This document shows positions 25,790 through 39,951 of a DNA stretch of 64,000 nucleotides, piece after piece (the stretch's first letter is position 1; every line of letters starts with the position of its first letter). Position numbers and translations under genes: made by a program. The notes below the pieces were generated by a model. That model did not search any database. It saw only the letters and a program-made list of their open reading frames with translations, and was not told the origin of the DNA. The stretch lies in NCBI GenBank assembly GCA_047967505.1, contig CM106538.1. The stretch is one strand, 5' to 3'. The stretch is from Dipteris shenzhenensis (Eukaryota).

Positions 25790-26420
25790 TTGACATAGGA
25801 GGAGAAGATAAGGCCCAATAACCTCCTAGAATGTTTTATAAAATTCAATAGGCAATCCATCCTCTCTAAGGGTTTTCCCACCATCCATGGCAGAAACAAC
25901 CTCTTTAAGTTCTTACAGGGAGAGACGTCTCTCCAAAATGAACATATCATAACTCTACACAGTGTCCTCTCCCATAGGATGGTAGAAATCTCTAGCCCTC
26001 CGCACCTCCTGTACAATAGTAGAGGAAGGTAGAGATTGGAAATTTCTATGTATAATATTGACGTTTTGTTCCTTATTGGTAGCTAATATGTTGTCATCCC
26101 TCTTAAGTAGAGGGACTTCTTCATTAGCCCTCTTTCTTCTTATGAGCTTGAAGGTTTCCTTGGTTGAACTCTCCAGTTTGCCTGCCCACCAATATTTGAA
26201 ATACACCTTAGTGTCATTTAGTATTTTGGTCATTTTTTTCTTTTGTAAGACTTGTAGCCTATGCAAGAGAGTCTTCTTGTCTATATAACACCTCTAATTC
26301 CTTTATATTATCGTGTATTTTATCCATACTTTGAGCTTTGATTTTTGCCTTGTTCTTATTGGCCTTCTTAAGAATATTCTGATGATTTCCAACCAATTCT
26401 CTCACTGTTCTCTCTCTTCC
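25790..26420 (-). mobile_element. LINE ORF2 fragment (region upstream of RT)
   Basis: Minus strand reads GKTLREDGLPIEFYKTF*EVIGPYLL (cf. KAPGxDGxxxEFY), preceded by YWWAGKLESSTKETFKLI. Confidence 0.6.
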
Positions 26421-26712
26421 AAAATGTTTCAACTCCTACATGTACTCAAAAAATGCATAGTTGTCTTGTGATTGCCACTCTCCCTTTCTCCCATCCCCCT
26501 CACTCATGCTCTCTTCTCCCTTCTCTCCCCCTCTCCCCTCTCTTTCCCCTTCTTTGTGGAATCATTTGCACACAATACAGTAGATGCTTGGTTGACATAA
26601 GCAGGATGTTTGTGCATATGGAGCTCCCAAAAGGAGTTGTTTGAGAGTAGAGGCTTCGATGGCATCCCTCAAGATACCCACGACATGTGATCACCTCTGG
26701 AGACCACATTTT

Positions 26713-26730
26713 TGGCACCGTTGCCAGGGA
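26713..26730 (+). promoter_or_regulatory. Primer-binding site, tRNA-Asp type (Athila-like)
   Basis: TGGCACCGTTGCCAGGGA versus the Athila-type TGGCGCCGTTGCCGGGGA (two transitions). Confidence 0.75.
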
Positions 26731-27500
26731 GTTTGAGGTATGCTTCCATAATGCACAAGATTTCTATCGATATCTACCCATTGCACAATGCTTTTAGCTT
26801 ATCTAGAGGTCTTGTTAGTGGAGTGTAGGCTCATTTATATGGAGATAAGTGTGGTTTTGGTGTAGGAGAATTAGAAACTGCTATTTCCAATCGTAGAGTG
26901 TTTTTTGCTCATTTGAGCTTGTTTTTTGTTGCCACAATGTAGGAGTAGGTAGTAGGGATGATTTCTAAGGTGTTAATGGAGTTACATTTCACTTGCAAAG
27001 ACCAAAAAATGAGTTTGAAATTTGAATTTGTACAAGTTTGCACGAGAGTCTGTTCTCAACCACCATCTTCAAAAGTCCTCATTTTGACACTTTCAAGTGG
27101 TTGTTTTTTATGATTTTTTGTTTGAAGTAGGTAGAATAGGTAGTGTAGTTTCTATTTGTGCTCTCAGACCTTGAACAAAACTTCGAAATCTCCAAAGAGC
27201 ATAAAAAATAGTTAGCGATTGAGTCATCCCGCTGCTATAACTTTAAAGCAGTGACTCACGCAATCGCTGCTGCTATATAACATAGCAAGATTGACACATG
27301 GACTGACAGTTGGCCACCTACCCCCACCCAGTTCACCTAACTCAATGTGGAAATTAATGAACTCATAGCTATCACGTCAGAGGTTAGCCCTTGCTTTAAG
27401 GCTAGCATAGCGATTGAGGACTTGTTGCTTTATTGGTGATGCAATGACTCATAACCAATTGCTTTATTTAGTCACTGCTATATCACCCGTTGCTTCATTT

Positions 27501-30500
27501 TGTGAAGATAGTGGGAGACAAGGAAGGAGTCTCACTTGTGGCTTTCTCACATACACAATGGGGGAATACACACACAGGTGGAGGCTGAAAACAGTTTTTC
27601 TCTTCTTAGTTGTGAAAAGCCAAAAGAACTCTAGTACAAAGAAAATAGAAGAACCCTATATGTGGGTCTCAAACCAAACTCAACTAACTAAGGTGGCATA
27701 CTAACTGAGCCACGAACTAGATAGCTGTGGTCTAGCTATTATTCATGGGCGGTGTACCAACCGCATCTGCAGCTAACAAGTCGGTGACATAAATACACAA
27801 CGGTCACCCTGGCATATCACGAGTGGAGCTCGATATCTCAACACTCCCCCTCGAGCTCAATCCCAATTCTTGCACAGCAAGCAGGTCTCTAAACTTGCGC
27901 AGCTTCTCTGTGCCCAATGCCTTCGTGAATATGTTAGCGACCTGATCCTCTCTGCTGACATAAACTAGATCAATAAGACCTAGTAAAACCTTCTCTCGCA
28001 CATAGTGATAATGCACCTCAATGTGCTTTGTCCTAGCATGATAGACTGGGTTGTTTGCCAAGTGTATACTGATCATGTTGTCATAATAAATGACAACTGG
28101 CCCATCTATAGATTGATGCATATCATAAAGCAGCTTATGCAACCAAACTACCTCACATGCAGCCATTGCTGCACCCCTGTACTTTTAGCGTCTGTGCTCG
28201 ACAAGGCAACTGTAGGCTGTTTCTTGCTGCTCCAAGTGACTGCAGCACTCCCAAAAGAGAACACATATCCACTGGTAGATCGTCTATCAGAAGTACTACC
28301 AACCCAATCAGCATCAGTTATCCATGCAACTGTATTTGAACCCCAGCCTCATAAAATAGTCCATACTGCAATGTGGACTTCACATACCTGAGTATGCGTC
28401 TAGCCACATCCAAATGCGGTTTCCTTGGAGCCTGCATAAACTGACTTACCAATAATCCAATAGCACAGCTTAAATCTGGCCTGGTAATAGTCATATAAAT
28501 CAAACTTCCTACTATGCGTCTGTACATAGTAGGGTCTTCCAGAAGCTCACCTGCATCTATGCTCAGCTTCACATTCTGCTCCAAAGGAATTGAAATAGGC
28601 TTACAGCCTGTCATCCCATATTTGGACAGCATGTTCAATCCATACTGCCTCTGCAAGAGCTGTATCCCACTTGGTGATCTAATCACCTCAATGCCCAAGA
28701 AATAACGTAGCTCTCCCAAATCCTTCATCTCAAACTTATACTTCAATAACATTTTCACATGAAGGATATCTTCATCACTATCACCTGTGATGATCAAATC
28801 ATCAACATAAATGACAAGTAGCATAATCCCTTTCTCTATTTTTCTCACATAGAGTGAGAAATCTACCTTGGAAATCTAAAAGCCAATAGTGACAAGATAC
28901 TGTCCTATCTTGTCAGACCATGCTCTAGGTGCTTACTTCAAGCCATACAAGGCTTTCTTCAACCTACAAACAAACTCAAGATGAATAGCATGAACATAAC
29001 CTACTGGCTGCTCCATAAAGACCTCTTCTTGCAAATCACCATGTAAGAAGGCATTCTTTACATCCATCTGATGTAAAGACCATCCCTTTGATGTAGCCAA
29101 AGCAATGACTGCTCTTACAGTTGCCATCCTTGCAACTGGACTGAATGTTTCTTCATAATCAATGCCATATGTCTGTGCATACCCCTTGACAACTAATCTT
29201 GCCTTGTATCTATTCACAGAACCATCTGCATTGTGCTTGATCTTATAAACCCACTTACAGCCAATTGCATTCTTGTTTTTAGGCAAAGGCACCAATTCCC
29301 ATGTAGCATTTGCTTCCAAGGCATCCATTTCTTCATCCATGGCTTTCTCCCAATTTTCATTTCCCATGGCTTGCTCAAAAGAAGTGGGCTCCTGGTTCCT
29401 GTATCACTTTGACCATATAGGCATAGTGAATGGCTGTAAATCCATCATATTTCAGCCTATCCACAGGATACCTAGACCTGCGCAAAATAGGCTCACTTCG
29501 AGGTGTTCTCAAAACATCCCTGGTCTTCCTTACTCCAGGTGTAACAACAAAAGGAATACCCGACTCATCATCAATGCTCTGTTCTGAGCCACTAGATTCA
29601 CCATCCACATAAGAGTGACCTACATTCACATCAAACATGGGCTGATCTACCTTCTCTTTTCCTTTTTGTGATACCTGTGTACCACTATCTGCATTGCTTT
29701 GAGGAGATTCTCTTGATCTCAATCTGCCTGTCCATGGCAAAGTATGTGGAGAACTGCTAGAGGACACTGTAGGTCCATTGATATTTTATGATTGCTGCTG
29801 TGAATTCTGTGCAGCATTACCATTTTGTGCATCTATATCAATCATCACATTTACTGGTTTATACTAGCTGCTCATCTCATCAAAAACAACATCTCTGCTC
29901 ACTGTAAACTTATGAGAAGAAGGGTTATAGCATCTATACCCTTTCTGCTACAGAGAATAACCAATAAAGATGCACTTCTCAACTTTTGGATCCAACTTGG
30001 ACATCAACTTGTTTGGCACATGAACATAGGTAATGCAACCAAAAATTTTCAAATGAGAAATGTTTGGTTTCCTACCAGTATACATCTCCTCTAGCGTCAT
30101 GCCATGTATTGCTGCAGTGGGAGTCCTGTTCATTATGTAAACTGCTGTAGCAACTGCTTCAGTACAATAATAATTTGGTAGATCTTTTTCATTTAGCATG
30201 GCTCGAGATACCTCTCCAATATACTTGTTTTTCCTTTTTGCAAGTCCATTTTGCTGTGGGGTATGACTGCATCAATATTGCTACTTTATGACATGCTCCT
30301 GTAGGAACCTTGCAAACTCATTTGAGAGGTACTCTCCCCCTCCATCTGACCTTAGGCATTTTATTTGCAGGCCTGTTTCTTAGCTTTAAAAGCTTTGAAG
30401 TGCCCAAACACTTCACTTTTCTTTTTCATAAAATACACCCAAACTTTTCTACAAGTCATCAATAAAAGTGACAAAATAGTGACAGCCTCCAATAGATGCA

Positions 30501-33018
30501 GCTTTAGTAGTCCACACATCAGAGTGGATTAATTCCAATGGCTTTTTACTCTCTTGAACATGCCTAGGAAATGGTTTCCTTGCCTGTTTTCCAAATTGAC
30601 AGGCTTCACAAACCTTATGCATTTCTGCAACCTTGAATTTAGGCAATCCTGCAACAATGCTTTGGGCTTGCATTGATTTAAGTCACTGTATATTAACATG
30701 ACCAATGCATTTATGCCAGATAACAATATCTGCAACTACACCGGTCCCATGTGCAAAAATTGCTGCACTCAATTTAGGCATGTCCGCATCCAATGTAAAC
30801 ATCCTGCCCTTCTTCTTCCCTTTTGCTATCAAGCGACCATTATTTTTCATATCCTCAACAAAGCATCCATGACGATTAAATCTTACCTGCAAGCCCTGCT
30901 CAACCATTTGACCAACAGAAACCAGATTCTTGGTGATGTTCGGGACATGAAATACATCAGACAGGTATTTCTTTTTCCCATCCTGCATAGACAAAGGAAT
31001 TCTACAAATCTGCACAATAGGATGTGGAGTATCATCACCAGTCTCCACAAATCCTAGTTTTTCCATTTTCCTTACATCCTGCATCCATTCTGCATGACCT
31101 GTCATGTGGTTTGATGCACCTGAGTCAACATATCACACATCATTTCGTTCTTCTACACTTGTCATAGAATTGGTCATGTGCTGCACCATAAATAGATGCT
31201 CATTTCTGTCATCACCCTGTCTACTAGAAGATGCATAATTACCTTGCTGCAATTTTCCATTCATAATGTCATTCTGCTTTTTGTAGCAGTCCTTAGCCAT
31301 ATGACCCATTTTACCACAGTAGTAGCATTCAACATTGTTGTTTGCATTTTGGCCTCTCTGCCATCCACCACGGCCTCTTTGGCTCCCCCTGCCTCTAGAG
31401 TTACCACGTCCTCCTCCATAGGACTGGTTTTCTTGAGTTTGCTGCATATTCTAATTTCTACCACGGCCTGCAGATCGGCCTCCTCTACCTCTGCCTCTAC
31501 CTCTTCCAGCATTTGAGTAGAAAACAGTTTCTTTTGAAGTTCCTCCTGAAGAAGATGCACCCCCATTTCTCTGCTCTTCAGAAATTAGAAGAGCAAACAA
31601 CTCTTCAAAATCAAGAAATTTTTCACGGACGGCAATGGATGTCCAGAACTGTGCATAATCCTTTCCTAAACCATTCAAGGTCACAGAAACTAGATCATCA
31701 TCTTCCATTGGCGACCCAATGGAAGCAAGTGCATCTGCAATTTTCTTCACCTTCATGTGGTAGTCATTTATGCTCAAATTTTCTCTCTGCACATTGTGCA
31801 ACTCCTGTTTGAGCTTCATTTTCCTGGCTTGTGTATTTGTGCTGTACATTTTTGCCAAAGTATCCCATGCCTCCTTTGGCATACTTGCATCCTGAATATG
31901 CACAATCATAGAATCCGAAATGCTGATAGATAGCTAGTACATAAATTTTCTAGCTCTCTCATGCCATCCTTTAAATGCCTGCATTTCCTATTGATTGGGA
32001 ACATTAGGAAGAACTGGTTCTTCTTCATTTCCTATAATGAACTCCCAATAGCCTTTTCCCATAAGGAAATTTGTCATTCTAAACTTCCATGCTTGGAAGT
32101 TGTTCTTATCAAGCTTTTCTGTGACAATCTGTCAAAGAGAATTAGACGCCATTACATAACACTGCAAAATATTCTATCACTGCGAAAAACACAGCTTTTG
32201 CCTCACACGAGCAGATCTGCAAAACTGACGAAAGTGGTATTTGACCACATAGTCACTTCCTAGTGGCAATTTTGCATCAATAGGCAACAAGCATGATTAT
32301 GCAACTTCCAATATCTTTGCACATAGGCATACAATGCAATTTCTATGGCAACTTTTCACCGACCAGCCGAGCAGTGGCCGCACAACAAAAACAAGGCCTT
32401 TTTTTGAGTGCCTGCGAAGAACTTCCGCCTTCAAAACGGGCCCCGAAATGGCCTCAAATCAAAAAAATAAAGTTACTGCCCTCTCACCACACCGCGAAGG
32501 GCATCTCAATCTGAGACAGTGCACTCTTGCACTTCTGGCTATGCTACCTGCAGAGATTTGCTCCCAAACTCGAAATAGGAAAGCAACACTGGTCCTCTTA
32601 CCAGGACACTGCGAACTTGGCTGGCTTTCTTGAGCTCCTTACCACGAACAAGGCTCTAATACCATGTGAAGATAGTGGGAGAGAGGGAAGGAGTCTCACT
32701 TATAGCTTTCTCACATACACAATGGGGGAATACACACACAGGTGGAGGCTGAAAACAGTTTTCCTCTTCTTAGTTGTGAAAAGCCAAAAGAACTCTAGTA
32801 CAAAGAAAATAGAAGAACCCTATATGTGGGTCTCAAACCAAACTCAACTAACTAAGGTGGCATACTAATTGAGCCACGAACTAGAGTAGATAAGGATAGC
32901 TGTCATCCAGCTATTATTCGTGGGCAGTGTACCAACCGCATCTGCAGCTAACAAGTCGGTGACATAAATACACAACGGTCACCTTGGCATATCATGAGTG
33001 GAGCTCGATATCTCAACA
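27501..33018 (-). mobile_element. Full-length, pseudogenised Ty1/Copia LTR retrotransposon (Copia-1)
   Basis: LTRs 32665-33018 (5') and 27501-27843 (3'), TG..CA. TSD CATTT (27496-27500 and 33019-33023). PBS-Met revcomp GCTCTAATACCA at 32653-32664; PPT revcomp CTCCCCCTC at 27844. Domain order: gag (CYYCGKMGHMAKDC), PR, INT (IHSDVW), RT (YVDDL), RH. Coding span ~27804-32152 with stops. Confidence 0.95.
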
Positions 33019-33383
33019 CATTTAGTCACTGCTTTATCACCTGCTGCTTTATTCAATCTCGTTTCTATATCACCCATTGATTTATTCAATCATCATCGCA
33101 TTGCTATATTGTTAGCACAATGATTGAGAATGCAATGACTTCCTGAGTTGTTGCTTTAAGGTTTACACAATGATTGATGCATTAAGTTTCGAGAAGACAC
33201 ATGCACCCAAGGTCTAGGAGGGTGAGAGGAGCTGGCGGCTGTTGCATTAAGGTTCAAAATTGATTCTTACTAGGTAGCTAGGTGGAGTAGGTGACACATG
33301 CACCTAAGGTCTAGGAGGGTGAGAGGAGTGGAATTTGAACTGGAGGATAGCACTTCTAATAACATACTAACCAGTCCAACTAG

Positions 33384-33417
33384 TGAGAGTGCTCTCAACG
33401 GAAGCAAGAACGGAAGA

Positions 33418-33466
<49 letters not shown>

Positions 33467-36400
33467 CCACACAAGTTTTGGTGGGTGCAGAACCACCCTA
33501 ATCTTCTTTTTCATTCATTTATATATGTGTTTGAGTATTGTACATAACCGAGGTAAAGGCATAGTGACCTTTAACCCCCACAACCTCCCACTTAAAGGAC
33601 AATGTGCCTTTAAGGGAGAACAACCAGTGAGCATACTATCCAATGCCCATCAATACACGACAATACTCAAACCGCTGACTAGGTAGACTCTTAGTCAGCA
33701 TATCTGCAGGGTTATCATCTGTATGAACCTTGACAAGCTCTATGCGCTTGTCCTCAAGTACCTCCCTGATGAAATGGTACCTGACCTCAATGTGTTTGGT
33801 CTTTGCATGAAAGACCGGATTCCGTGCTAGCTGAATAGCACTCATGGAATCACTATGCAATGTCGGTACACCTATATGAATCCCCAAATCTCCCACTAGC
33901 CGATCAAGCCATATAGCCTCCTTGCAACCCTCTATGGCTACAACATACTCAGCCTCTGTGGTAGAAAAAGCAATGCACTTCTGTGCACGAGACATCCACG
34001 ACACTGCACCACCTGCAAAGGTGAACACATAACCAGAAGTGGATCTCCTACTATCCACATGCCCTGCATAGTCTGAATCTGTGTACCCAAGTACACACAT
34101 GTCTCCTTTACCAAAGCAAATGCACATCTCCTTGGTACCCTTCATGTACATCATGATGCACTTAACTGCCTCCCAATGCCTCTTTCCTGGATTAGCCATA
34201 TACCGGCTAACAACTCCCACTGCAAATGCAATGTCTGGTCTAGTAGCTATCATAGCATACATAAGACTCCCAAATGCTGATGCATAAGGAACCTTGGCCA
34301 TCATGGCCCTTTCCTCATTTGATTTGGGACTATCTGTATGACTCAGTTTCACATATGGAGGCAATGGAGTACTCACTACCTTCCCCCACTCCATATTGAA
34401 ACGCTGCAATACTTTTGTAACATACTCTTTTTGTGAAAGCCAAAGGAGTTTCCTACTCCGATCATACCAAGAATATGACCTGCAAGTCCCAAATCCTTCA
34501 TATCAAAGGCCTCATGCAACTTGGCCTTTAATGCATCTAGCTCATAAGTATTCTTGCTAGCCCATAGCATATCATCCACATATAGTGCCAGGATTATCAG
34601 GCTACTATCCTTAGCCCTTTTAGTGTAGAGGCATTGATCAATTTCACTCCTAAAACCCTGGGACCGAATGAAAGCATCAAACTTTTGATACCATTCTCTA
34701 GGTGCTTGCTTGAGACCATAAAGACTCTTCTTCAGCTTGCAAACTAAATGCTCTTTGCCCTTTCTAGTCCAAGCATGCATCTAAGTGTGGTCATCTTCAC
34801 AACCGAAGAGAATATCTTATCAAAGTCCACACCCTTCTCTTGCTTGAACACTTTAGCAACCAAACAGGCCTTGTACCTAGGCACATCATCACCTGTGACC
34901 TTCATTTTGTAGACCCATTTACATGGCAATGCTTTCTTTACATGTGGCAAAGAAACCAAGTCCCAAGTCTTATTATTCATAAGTGAACTCATCTCTGATT
35001 GCATAGCATACTCCCACATGCATTGATCCTCACGCATCATAGCCTCTCTGTAGCAAGAAGGCTCCCTGCAATCAGTAAGCATCACATAGTCTACCCCTGG
35101 AACAAACCTATCAGGTGGTCTAGACACTCTAGATGATCTTCTCAAAGGCATTTTAGCTTGCTGTCCCACCTGCATATCAGCCACATTTGGCTCATCATTT
35201 CCACCAATAGATGATCCATCATCTACCCTTGATTGTATACCTGTGGGAGTACTTGTTGGTACCATTTCTTGCACATTTGGTGCATGGACAGCTTGCTGTC
35301 TATCAACATATGTAGGTGGATTCACATCCTGGAAAGTGATTCTCCTCATTTCCACATCCCTCATGGGTGACTTATGCATCTTTTTCTCATTTAAGACCAC
35401 ATCATGGCTGCGTATGATCTTCTTTGCTTATGGATCCCAGAGACGATAGCCCATCTCTCGCTTTCACCATAACCTAGAAAGATGCATTTCCTAGACTTAG
35501 GATCTAGCTTCTTTCAAAGCTCTTTTGGCACATGTGCATATGCCTCACACCCAAATATACGCAAATGAGAGTAAGAGGGCTTCTTGCCACTCCATGCCTC
35601 TTCAAGAATACCACCATCCAAACTCTTATTATATGATCTATTGATCACATGCACTGTAGTCTTCATTGCCTCAGCCCAAAAACCACCAGATAGACTTGCA
35701 TTGGAAAGCATGCATTGCAACCTTTCTTGAATGGTGTGGTTCATCTTTTCTGCAATTGGATTTTGCTTTGGAGTATGAGGGGATGTGAGCTCCCTCTTAA
35801 TCCCACGTGTATCATAGAAATGTTGAAAGTCATGAGAGAGATACTCTCCACCATTGTCAATCCGTAGGCATTTAAGCATTCTACCTGATTGATTCTCAAC
35901 CAAGGCCAGCCATTTCTGAAATACCTGGAAAACATCACTCTTCCGAGCTATAGCATAAGCCCACACTTTCCTAGTTGCATCATCAATGAATGTCACATAG
36001 TATTCAGCCCCGCATAATGACCGTGTAGGCATGGGACCACATACGTCGGAATGCACCAAATCAAGCATTTCAAACTCTTTCTTTCCCCTTCTTTTATGGG
36101 CTGATTTAGTCTGCTTCCCATAGAGACAGTGCTCACAAAATTCAAAATCAGAGAAACTCAAATGTGGTACATAACCCAAACGGCATAAGAGTTTCATTCC
36201 ATTATGGCTCATGTGCCCCAACCTGCAATGCCACAAAGAAGTGCTTGGCTGCTCGATTATTGTAACAACATGATCAAATACCCCTAATACATGTAACGGA
36301 TACAAAGTTTCACACTTGGCACCCCTGGCCAAAAGCATAGAGCCCTTCTGAATTTTCCAACTCTGAAAGCCAAAAGTGGTGTGAAAACCAGCATCATCTA

Positions 36401-39068
36401 GCTGACCCACTGAAATAAGACTCTTGATTAGCTTAGGCACATGTCTCATATGTTTCAAAACAAATGCAGACCCATTTGCAAAAGAAAACTTTATGTCACC
36501 TGCTCCCACTATGTCACATGCATAGTCATTTCCAAGATGCATACAACCTGTCTTTCCATTGTCATAAGTGGAGAACCATTCCCTATGGGGAGTAACATGG
36601 AATGAAGCACCAGAATCCAAAATCCAATCCTGGGAATATGCATCATCTGAAGTGGTAAGCAACTCTGCAAATAAACTAGAGATGAAGAGAATGTCATTGT
36701 CACTATCATGTGTGACTGCATTGATCTCCTCGATCTTCACTTTTCCTTTGTCCTCCCTTGGACTCTCTTCCTTTTGATTTGCACCCCAATTTGCATTCTT
36801 TTTCTTATCCTTTTGCTCTCTTTTTAGCTTGTAGCAATCCTTTTTCATATGGCCCTTCTTGCCATAGTCGTAACACTCAATGTTCTGTGGCTTGGATTTG
36901 CTACAAGACTTCCCTCTTTCTTGGGACTTCCCCCTGAACTGTGATCTGCCCCTTTGCACATTTAAGGCTAGATCCTACTTGTTGCCATCCATAGACTTCC
37001 TTCTAATCTCCTCGGCCAACAAGCTACCCACAACATCGTCAAATTTCAGTACTCCACCAGGTGCAAAGTTACTGACAGCTGTACGGAAGGTATCCCATGA
37101 GGATGGCAATGAACATAAGAGAAATATTGCCTTAGTCTCTGCATCAAAATTCATCTTCTGAGCCTGAAGCTAGCTGAAAATAATATTGAATTCATTCAAG
37201 TGAGAAGCAATAGAGACCCCTTCCTTCATCTGTAGCTCAAACAACCTCTTCATGAGGTAAACTTTATTAGAGGCAGTTTCCTTCTCATAAGTGGCACACA
37301 GTTTCTTCCACAAATCTTCCGTAGTCTGCTCATTTACTACTGTGAAATAAACTGACTCTGCAAGATGAAGTCTAATAGTAGACTTTGCTAATGCATCCAA
37401 CTCATTCCAATCATCCTCAGACATATTTGCAGGCTTAGCTTCAATCCTTGCCAAGGGTTTAATCTGCTTCTTTTGAATAAGCACATCCCTTATTTGTTCT
37501 TTCCACAAAGAAAAGTTTTTCCCATCAAACTTTTTAATGCTAAAAAGCTCCTTTTCAGACATGGAAGAGGATGCCATGATGCAAATAAAACAAAATCCCA
37601 AATGCTAGTGCCTGCAAGAGAGAATCACACCAAATACCAGGTGCACCCAAATGTGTATGCCACAATAGACTGAAATATCACCAAAACTCAAAAGCATCAA
37701 AAGATGCAGCTGACTCATGTGCATGTACTATGCATCCATATGAGCAAATCTGGCCCAAAAGAAAATGCCAACTGCAATGGCAATCCAAAATGCCAATAAG
37801 TGCCAAATGGCTCAAGCATAAACACTGTCCACTGGCATATGCATCAATAATATCTCATCCAAGAGAGCATAGCACTATCAGTGCATCACCTGCAATGTGT
37901 CAAAGCTGTCCCTCAGCATAAAATAACATCCATGTGCAAAGCATCCATAAAAAATAGCATCCCACAAGGCAATTTGGGCCTATTAGCGCATCCAATAAGG
38001 ACCACAATGCATCCAAATGGCCTATAAATCATCCACTGCAACCCAATGCATACCACAAATGAGCGCACACTACTCAAACTGCAACCAAAGTGATCTGCAT
38101 AAGGTATACTCAAGAAATCATAGTCCCACGGTAATGACCGCTATTGAAAAATAGAACCCGAGATGCCTCAAAACATGGGCACCATTGCATAATCGGACTC
38201 AGCAAGAAAATCTGCAAATATCTCTCTTTTGCCAGAACTCCAAAATCCCAACCGATGAGTGAGAAATGGGAGTCAACACTTATCCATTGCCATGTGGCAT
38301 AAATTTAAGGTTTCAAAACCTTAGAATGAAAAATGCATAACAGAGAGACGAAATCGAATACACAGAGATCTATAACTCTGAAAATCCTCCACCGAATTGC
38401 ACAAGAACTGTTAGGTAGGGGTTTTTGGGCATCCGGAACGCAATGGGATAGACCATTTTAGAAACCGTGGTCTCAATCACTAGGTCCAACACACGGACTG
38501 AAAAACGTTTTTGGAAACAGAGCTGTTTGTAAACTCCACCGAAGTGCAAATGATGAGCAACATAGAAGTTTTAGGACCTCTTGAGTCCACTGGAACTGAC
38601 AGATCTACAAATGGTTGCTCCAAACTTGAGTTCCAACACCCTGGCAAAAAACGTAGAAACTGACACAGTGAGTCAGAAATCCAATGAAATGATCCCAGAT
38701 TCAAGAATGAAGGTGTTTCCAAGCTCCTAAAGTGAAGTGGACACCAAAAGCAAGCAATAGTTGTCTCTACAAATCAATATGGAGTCTCTGTCATCGAACA
38801 AAACATGGAAAAGCTCAAAAAACGACTTTTTCTTTGAAAACACTTAACAGGCTCTCAAAACCACTTCGCAAAACCAAAGTGACTTTTCCAAAGGTTCCTC
38901 CAAGGTCTCTGCACACTTAGATGCAAGTAAAGTCACCCACAAAGCTTCCCATAGAGCTTCTCCTTCCTCCCACAGAGCTGCTGAGCTTCAAGCATTCACG
39001 CACGCTCAGCTAGATCACCCGGGCTCTGATACCAATTGAGAGTTCTCTTAACGAAAGCAAGAACAGAA

Positions 39069-39111
<43 letters not shown>

Positions 39112-39225
39112 ACACAAGTGTTGGTGGGTGGAGAACCACCCTAATCTTCTTTTTCATTCATTTATATATGTGTTTGAGTATTGTACATAACCGGGGTAAA
39201 GGCACAGTGACCTTTAACCCCCACA
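33384..39225 (-). mobile_element. Full-length, pseudogenised Ty1/Copia LTR retrotransposon (Copia-2) with (GA)n-containing ~190-200-bp LTRs
   Basis: LTRs 39037-39225 and 33384-33582. TSD ACTAG (33379-33383 and 39226-39230). PBS revcomp GCTCTGATACCA at 39023-39034; PPT revcomp ACCTCCCACTT at 33583. Motifs WILDSGASFH, VHSDVCGP, YVDDM, YTDSDYAG. Coding span ~33636-37577. Confidence 0.95.
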
Positions 39226-39951
39226 ACTAGTGCTGCACTGTCAGCACCTTCTAGGATAACTTCAAGCTCATACTTTGTGCAAGGTCCTGTGCACATTGAA
39301 TCCTCAAGTTCAGTGTGCAAAATAATAAAAGAGTGCTAGGAGCTTCAATGCTAAGATGGGGGAAACATGAACCTAAATCTAGGGGTCTCTATGTCTCCTA
39401 AATCTAGCTCGGTAATGCCCCAATCCCCCACTCCTTCCACCACAGTAGCCTCGTGAATAAGGGAGTCATTCTCTAATCTCATGGGATGATTTGTCTTGGC
39501 CGACCAAATCAATCCATTCACTAGGAAAAATAGGGTGGTTGAGTAGTAAGATCCACCACCAATCACAGTATTCGATAATGCACCCAGTAACCCCATATCT
39601 ATATCAGCTGAGGGACCGTTAGGTCCACACATACAATTCTATGAGGGGGACCCTCCACAAGGACTTGTGAGCCTTGGAACCTAGGTATTGGCCTCCTAGT
39701 CCTAAAGGACAGAAGGCTAATCACATGGACTTTGGGGATACCACCTTTCCAATATCAATGCCCCCTCATCCCAATTTGTTTGTAACTTGGGGAGGAGCTC
39801 TAGAGAGCACCTCCTTCCCCACATCTTCATCCTATAAACCGGTTCCAAATGTGAATATACCCATACCAAGGCCCATACCGGTAAGACCAATAGACTCGAT
39901 CCCACCATGTATGTTAGCTCTAGGTCCCATGAGGCCAGAATATCTCTTCCG

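Noticed and set aside
26713-26730. tRNA gene (also considered for the TGGTATCAGAGC sites)
   Set aside because: Only 12-18 nt complementary to tRNA 3' ends, directly next to LTR ends. These are primer-binding sites, not genes.
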